Shown here: positions 17,653-23,356 of the stretch, piece after piece
Layout: every line of letters starts with the position of its first letter
Position numbering within the stretch: the first letter of the stretch is position 1
Source: Candidatus Sigynarchaeum calidifontis
Lineage (GTDB): Archaea > Asgardarchaeota > Lokiarchaeia > Sigyniarchaeales > Sigyniarchaeaceae
DNA length: 23,356 bases
Assembly (NCBI GenBank): GCA_030587475.2
Contig: JAUQYZ020000055.1
Location: 1-23,356 of the forward strand
Direction: 5' to 3'
Program-made: the position numbers and the translations under genes
The notes under the pieces: model-generated
The model's input: only the letters and a program-made list of their open reading frames with translations
Told to the model about the DNA's origin: nothing
Database searches by the model: none

Positions 17653-18759
17653 TTAATTTTTAATGAATTTGAGAATATCATCGAATAACATTTCCCTGTT
17701 TTGCTCTCCGAGTTGTGGATGGTACCAGCCATCGTACAGCTTGTACTGGTGCGGGATGGCTTGATCTATCCTTGAAACAAACTCGGCCGCCCCTGTCGGG
17801 TCGACGAGGTCATCCAGGCTCGATCCCGTGCAGAATAAAGGAACCCTTGGCCACTTGTTAGCCATTTTACAAACCCGTCCGGCTGCGAAATATATTTTTA
17901 TCACGGTACTGAGGGGCGAACCTGGAAAGCAGTCGATCTCGTATTCCTTGCTCTGGTCCTCCGTTGGTAAACCGAATGATGATGCGGGTTCAATGCACGG
18001 AACACACCACTGCACGCTTTGCTTGTCGTGGCTTACCCGCGCGAGGCCCGTTGTGGGATCTGGAGGCGTTTGTTGGTCGAACACGAAGTTTGGAGCTAAT
18101 TTCCCCAAGATGAGCGCGAGTAGTTTTTTCACCGGGTTGATCTCCAGCCTGAACTTGATCGCGGGCACGAGGGCGATGACACCTTTGCAGCGGGCCATTT
18201 CCTGCTGGTCCAGGCACGCCTCGTTAAATTGGGAAAGCCCCCAATCGAGCACGCCGAGCCCGCTCATGCTGATGCCCACGACGAACCACGGCAGCGTGCC
18301 CACCGCGACCCCGGCGCTTGCGATTTTGCTGCTCGGGGCAAGTGCCCACTTGATACACGTCGTCATCGCCTCGATTTGTGACTCCCACTTGCCGATCCGG
18401 CCGTGCGCGCCGCGATGGAGGACGTTGTGTCCAAAATATGGCAAATCTGGTGCCACGGCCACGATGCCATGCTTGGCCAACCAGGGCGCAAAGTAATAAT
18501 ACTCGCGCTGGCCGAAATTGCCAAGGCCGTGGAAACAAAATGCCACGCCCTTGGCCGAGGAGGCGTCGAGCGGGGAATACACGGTCACGTGCAAGTCTTG
18601 ATGCCAGGCTTCTGCCTTGCCAGGGATCCAGCCTTCCTCGATGCGGATAACCTTGCCAAGCTCAGCTTGCTGCCGCGCCTTCCATTCTTTCCACGGTGGA
18701 ACCTTGACATAGGTGTTTCCTCGCTTTTCAAGGGCCTTGAAAGCTTTCTCTGCGACCAT
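17653..18759 (-). CDS. Alpha/beta hydrolase, lysophospholipase/monoglyceride lipase (Hydrolase_4) type
   Basis: FHGLG oxyanion motif, PDLPYFGH, GISMSG nucleophile elbow, DDLVD acid and WYHPQ His. Start at 18759 or 18819. Confidence 0.85.
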   Translation of the reverse strand: MVAEKAFKALEKRGNTYVKVPPWKEWKARQQAELGKVIRIEEGWIPGKAEAWHQDLHVTVYSPLDASSAKGVAFCFHGLGNFGQREYYYFAPWLAKHGIVAVAPDLPYFGHNVLHRGAHGRIGKWESQIEAMTTCIKWALAPSSKIASAGVAVGTLPWFVVGISMSGLGVLDWGLSQFNEACLDQQEMARCKGVIALVPAIKFRLEINPVKKLLALILGKLAPNFVFDQQTPPDPTTGLARVSHDKQSVQWCVPCIEPASSFGLPTEDQSKEYEIDCFPGSPLSTVIKIYFAAGRVCKMANKWPRVPLFCTGSSLDDLVDPTGAAEFVSRIDQAIPHQYKLYDGWYHPQLGEQNREMLFDDILKFIKN

Positions 18760-18861
18760 GCATATCGCCAGATACCAACTCAACAAGATCGCAAATAACG
18801 ATTCCGGATCGATCGACATGGTAGGAAAAAAACAAACAGAGATGTTAGATCGAGTGCCGTT

Positions 18862-21800
18862 TCACGCTGACTTCCCATAGACCACGTATTGCTTGGAGGG
18901 AATAGCAAACATGGCAATCACGCTAACGGCAAGCCAGGCAATGATGAAAGGCACCAGGAAGAGCATTCCTTCCTCCGCATATTGGCCGATCTGCGTCGTT
19001 GACACGAGCGCAAAGACGATCGTGACGAGGAAAACGAACATCTTGAGGGTAACGTTCGAGTTGAGCTTGGAGATGGTCTCTTCCTTGGCTTGCCATATAA
19101 CCCGCCATGATTCCCCCGCGGCTTGCATTGCATCGAATCGCTTGAGGGAATTCTTCAAGTCCCTATAACTCGAAACGACAATGAGCAAGACCGACGTTAT
19201 CACGGGCGTTATAAGAGATAGCCAGAGCTTCGGTATCGAGATTCCACCAAGCGTGAAGCTTTCCAAGACGATGTAATAATTAAACCAGTCGACGCGCGGT
19301 CCCGCGACCATAAACACTGCAAGGACGGCGATGATGAGACCCGTGTTGAGAATTATGGGAAGAAACGATGCCCGGCGACCAGCAAATATTGCATCAGCCG
19401 CGTCGAGTGACACTCGCTCCTTGAGCGCGAGAGATGACAAGAGAAGCCCAAACCCGGCGATGAGCATGGCCGAACCACCGCTATTGAGCACGAAAGTCGC
19501 GAACAGACCACCACCGATCGTCGCGAGCGTGCCGGCCATCATCGCGTTGTACATCAACCGTCCCCGGCGGAGTTGGTTGGTATCCTCGCCCCGATCGATC
19601 GTGGAGAATTGGCCACCAGATCGTTCCATTAGATCGAAGCGAGCTTTAAGTTTCTTCATGCTCGTCATTTTACCGTGTGCCTGCATCAACCCAAACGCGA
19701 GACCGACGACGGCGGAGATAATGACGATGATTACGTTGCCCGGATATGTGATGTTGATTTCGGGGAATGCTGGGATATAGTCTTGGGTGATCGGGACGAG
19801 CAGCTGATATATCTCTTCGGTTATATTACTACCATATCGAACAATTACAACCGAATATTTGAGACTAGTATGTTGCTGGCTACCGGGGAGAGTGATCGTG
19901 TATTTCAGAGTGTTGTTATCGAATAGCATCTCGACACGTGTGGGAGTTTTTGCACCATCGAACATGTAATCTAGATAAATATGAGTCAAGTTTGAAACCG
20001 GGAGCCCGCTAACCTGGATTTGCATATCAGCGTCTAGCAATCGCTTGGGATCTTCCGTTCCCGGCACGAACTCGACGATCGGGTTCGGCTTGAAATAGAA
20101 GCACTGGGGAAGGTTGATGGAATTTCCCGCGAAATCAGTGGCATTTGCGAAAAAATAGACTTCGTAGAAAGACGACGCCGGGATCATCACGGTATAATGT
20201 GTTCCATTGAACGCTGCCGGGACGACTGTCCAGTTACCAGCCAATGCATGTCTATAGCACAAGGTAACCTCATAGTCGTAATAAGTATCAATTTTGCGGA
20301 TCGGCACGGTCACGTTCTGGGAAGGTGACAGCATCGCAAGGGGAATGGTTTCATACTGGATCTGTGGAACCTCATTATCGAGCAAACATAAATACGAGTT
20401 AGAAACTTTGTTCCCGGCCACGTCGGTTGCAACTATCGTGATGGTATAGAAGCCGGATATCATGTTTCCCCAGTAATCGAACCCATTCCATGATATAACC
20501 CGAGGGGTCGCCTTGTAAACGGGTACGAACAAGTGCTGCGTCTCGGTCGTGAAGAACGAGATAAAAACGTCGCGATTATCCGTATTAGCGTTACGCAAGT
20601 CGAACGTGTATAAAATGCTTCCTCGCGGGGATTTACCGCTGCGCAAGTCGCACGCGTAGGGATAGCCAGGGGTAGACACGAGATCCGTGGTTTGTAGGAT
20701 GAGGGGTGATCCGGCGAGGAACCAGCTCGTGCCGCCATCGAATGATTCCAACGTGACCAGCCGTGCCACTTTAGCCAACCATATCAGATATCGTGATCTC
20801 AAAATTCCCGTGCTATAGACATCCAATGTAATTCCCCTGAAGAGGCCGTCGTTCTGGCTATTCTCGGTGAAGCTGCTCAAGAATGTCCATGATAGCCCGT
20901 TTGTTACCGAGGAATAGTAATCCACATAAACAACGAATGGCGAATTGTTCCCCACAAGACGTCCGACCCCGGCGTACACCACGTCCATCGCCTCGTCTAT
21001 AGCGAGCGCAACGGGTGTAATGGAAGTCGAGTCATCAAGGGAGCAGATGACGGTGGGGGACGAATACAAGAAAGTGCCGTTGATTGATCGAATGCATTCG
21101 ATCTGGCGTAATGCCCCATAACTGCGGCACCAGGAGATGATGATGGTCCCGTTTTCCCGCACGACGATATCCGGAGCGAAATAATTGGCAGAATTGAATT
21201 CTGCAGCTGTCAAATTCCTCGGATACATCCATGTCCTACCGAGATCATCACTTTGGATCATGAGGATGTCATAGACTTCTTGAAATGGATTATTAAGCGC
21301 CGGATGAAATTGTTGAAAGACAACGTAGATGCTATCGCCATAAATTGCTATCGCAGGACAATCCTCGCTATAAGGAGACGCAACGAGGGGTTGACTGATG
21401 GAAAAGGTGTTTCCTTGATCATCTGATTTTTTCAAGTATAGATCCATACCGTTCCCGCCCTCGTAGCTCGTGTAAACGCACCACAATCGACCTGTACGGT
21501 CTATAGCCGTGTCACCCCTGAAATCTTGCACATCGCTTGTCGTGGCACGCACTTGTGCCCGGGCAGTATATTCACCATCAATGAATACATCGATGTTTCC
21601 GTCCTCGGCCGACGTGATTTCGAAGTCCATGGTATCCATTATACCAGGAGAGGATAATGGCGAGAAATATTGGCTCTTCTGTGTCACGATAACATCCATC
21701 CGCTCGTTATCGACGAACACGCGTGCCTCCATCTTTTCGGAAACTATGTCGGATGACCCGGCATCCCTCGCGGTAACCCTTGCGAGGTAGGGAGCATCTT

Positions 21801-23220
21801 CGACGAACCGCCCGAGCGAGTCCCTACCTGTCCATACGAAAGTTTCGGGAATGCCCCCTGAGGCAGAAATTCCAAACTGCTGATGCACGATCCGGGGGCG
21901 AAGATAATAGGCGGAGGCATAGGTCTCGTGGCTTGATGAGAGCACGTTACCATTCAGCGAGCTCGTGAAGCACAGGCTCGAGTTCCCGTCACCTTGGGCC
22001 TTGAAGTTCATTGCATAAACATGGACATCCGTGCCAAAAGAACGGAACTTTTTACCGTTGATCCAGTTAATGCCATCGTTATTCGATTCGGCATAGAGCA
22101 AAGTGGAACGGTTCATGATTATGAACGCTCGCAACAAGCCAAGCGGTTCGTAAAGCAATCGGAAGGTGCCATATGACGATACTGCATACGATGGCGTGTT
22201 GGACTGGCCGATGCCCCTCGCCATATCGAGTCGCAAGGGCAGGCTCCACGTCTGGCCGAAATCCATCGATCTAGAGAGATAATAATAGCATGAACCGATC
22301 GTGCCATTGAACCAGATGCACGTGATCGATCCGGTCGTCGGCGACATGGCGATAGCAGGAGAATAACACGCACCCGTGGGAGGCGCGCTGTCGATGACTC
22401 GGATGACCCACGAATATCCGCCATCGGTCGACTTGATGAAATAAACACGGTGCGGGATTCCCTGGTTTTTCGTGATGATTCCCAGGATCTCGGTGCCATT
22501 CGGCGAGAGCACCATATCGATGTTGAGGTCACTAACGATGCCGGTAACATTGATGTCCGGGATCATGCTAATGAAGTACCAGCTGATACCATCGAAAGAA
22601 CCGAAGAGTTGAATGGTTATATTATCCGAGATCAAGGATGGCTCGTCGACCATCATCAAGAAAAATGTACCAGCGCTCTGGTTATATTCTATATCGAAAT
22701 TAGAGTATCGATGTGCCCAAACAGAGTTTAGCTCGTCGTATTCGTGCGACAAGCTGTTTTGCACGGGTGCGGACCAATTCATGCCGCCGTTGGTCGACTC
22801 GCGGGTCGTGACGTTGTAGAAACCGGCACCGGGTCGCGCTGGATCGATATCATCGACTGCGCTGACCATGATCATCCGAGATGCGTTTCCTCCGACAGCC
22901 ACGTGCCGGCTCTTCGAATTGACCATGCGGAGATCTTCCTCGATCGTGATATTGTAGACCGTGTTTATATTGGTCGTGAACGAAAACGCCACGGCGTCGT
23001 TTATTCCATCATCATTTTTTGGCGAGATGACGGAAGTGTTCGCTTTAAATGGACTCATGAGTTGCGGGACCACGCTCGGTTTGAGCATAACCGGCATGCT
23101 CGTGGAAAACGATGTGTTAGGTGCGGGTTGTACGAACGAAAGCAAGTTTGCCACGATCATCACCACGGCGATGCTACCCGCACATAAAGTGGATCTGGGG
23201 GATTGGATGCGGACGTGCAT
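18862..23220 (-). CDS. Giant receptor-like protein B, paralogue of A with an extra ectodomain module and no zinc ribbon
   Basis: Same order of motifs: ISPKNDDGIND, Asp boxes, WTGRDSLG, FSPLSSPGIMD, WNGFDYWG, seven TM helices. Ends at KQYVVYGKSA. Start set at ATG 23220 ahead of the signal-like segment. Confidence 0.85.
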   Translation of the reverse strand: MHVRIQSPRSTLCAGSIAVVMIVANLLSFVQPAPNTSFSTSMPVMLKPSVVPQLMSPFKANTSVISPKNDDGINDAVAFSFTTNINTVYNITIEEDLRMVNSKSRHVAVGGNASRMIMVSAVDDIDPARPGAGFYNVTTRESTNGGMNWSAPVQNSLSHEYDELNSVWAHRYSNFDIEYNQSAGTFFLMMVDEPSLISDNITIQLFGSFDGISWYFISMIPDINVTGIVSDLNIDMVLSPNGTEILGIITKNQGIPHRVYFIKSTDGGYSWVIRVIDSAPPTGACYSPAIAMSPTTGSITCIWFNGTIGSCYYYLSRSMDFGQTWSLPLRLDMARGIGQSNTPSYAVSSYGTFRLLYEPLGLLRAFIIMNRSTLLYAESNNDGINWINGKKFRSFGTDVHVYAMNFKAQGDGNSSLCFTSSLNGNVLSSSHETYASAYYLRPRIVHQQFGISASGGIPETFVWTGRDSLGRFVEDAPYLARVTARDAGSSDIVSEKMEARVFVDNERMDVIVTQKSQYFSPLSSPGIMDTMDFEITSAEDGNIDVFIDGEYTARAQVRATTSDVQDFRGDTAIDRTGRLWCVYTSYEGGNGMDLYLKKSDDQGNTFSISQPLVASPYSEDCPAIAIYGDSIYVVFQQFHPALNNPFQEVYDILMIQSDDLGRTWMYPRNLTAAEFNSANYFAPDIVVRENGTIIISWCRSYGALRQIECIRSINGTFLYSSPTVICSLDDSTSITPVALAIDEAMDVVYAGVGRLVGNNSPFVVYVDYYSSVTNGLSWTFLSSFTENSQNDGLFRGITLDVYSTGILRSRYLIWLAKVARLVTLESFDGGTSWFLAGSPLILQTTDLVSTPGYPYACDLRSGKSPRGSILYTFDLRNANTDNRDVFISFFTTETQHLFVPVYKATPRVISWNGFDYWGNMISGFYTITIVATDVAGNKVSNSYLCLLDNEVPQIQYETIPLAMLSPSQNVTVPIRKIDTYYDYEVTLCYRHALAGNWTVVPAAFNGTHYTVMIPASSFYEVYFFANATDFAGNSINLPQCFYFKPNPIVEFVPGTEDPKRLLDADMQIQVSGLPVSNLTHIYLDYMFDGAKTPTRVEMLFDNNTLKYTITLPGSQQHTSLKYSVVIVRYGSNITEEIYQLLVPITQDYIPAFPEINITYPGNVIIVIISAVVGLAFGLMQAHGKMTSMKKLKARFDLMERSGGQFSTIDRGEDTNQLRRGRLMYNAMMAGTLATIGGGLFATFVLNSGGSAMLIAGFGLLLSSLALKERVSLDAADAIFAGRRASFLPIILNTGLIIAVLAVFMVAGPRVDWFNYYIVLESFTLGGISIPKLWLSLITPVITSVLLIVVSSYRDLKNSLKRFDAMQAAGESWRVIWQAKEETISKLNSNVTLKMFVFLVTIVFALVSTTQIGQYAEEGMLFLVPFIIAWLAVSVIAMFAIPSKQYVVYGKSA

Positions 23221-23356
23221 GTCAAAATAATCGAACCAGAGGATAATAAAACCAACGTGGTGGGCATGCAACACAAAAAAACCATAAATGAAGAATAAAA
23301 AGGTAACGACATGTAATCTTATTTTACGGTCACCGACTTGGCCAGGTTCCGGGGCT

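Noticed and set aside
13154-23220. Calling the giant proteins sialidases
   Set aside because: Asp boxes are structural motifs of many propellers, and no RIP motif was seen.
1-23356. CRISPR arrays, IS elements, tRNA and rRNA genes
   Set aside because: No regularly spaced repeats, transposase or integrase ORFs, or tRNA/rRNA signatures were seen by eye.

Overview
A gene-dense archaeal-type window. Asgard (Lokiarchaeia-like) origin is my inference from the BRE/TATA promoters, an archaeal form III-like RuBisCO, a membrane RING protein with a PCI-like winged helix, and double zinc ribbons. From left to right: a truncated TauE/SafE gene, a GDPD, a small Zn-ribbon protein, a ~600-bp intergenic region with at least one clearly structured RNA candidate, a tandem winged-helix protein, RuBisCO, an unannotated 42-aa membrane peptide abutting a membrane RING E3-like gene, a membrane metal-dependent hydrolase, a Yip1-like membrane protein, a GH5-like glycosidase, a thiolase and a GH-like surface protein. 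The window ends with two ~1450-aa paralogues flanking an alpha/beta hydrolase. These paralogues are the most striking feature: signal peptide, Asp-box beta-propellers nested in FlgD-type Ig domains, then seven predicted TM helices, with a cytoplasmic double zinc ribbon in one copy. This is an adhesion-receptor/GPCR-like topology. No rRNA, tRNA, CRISPR array or transposase was seen. All calls are from reading motifs by eye; no searches were run.
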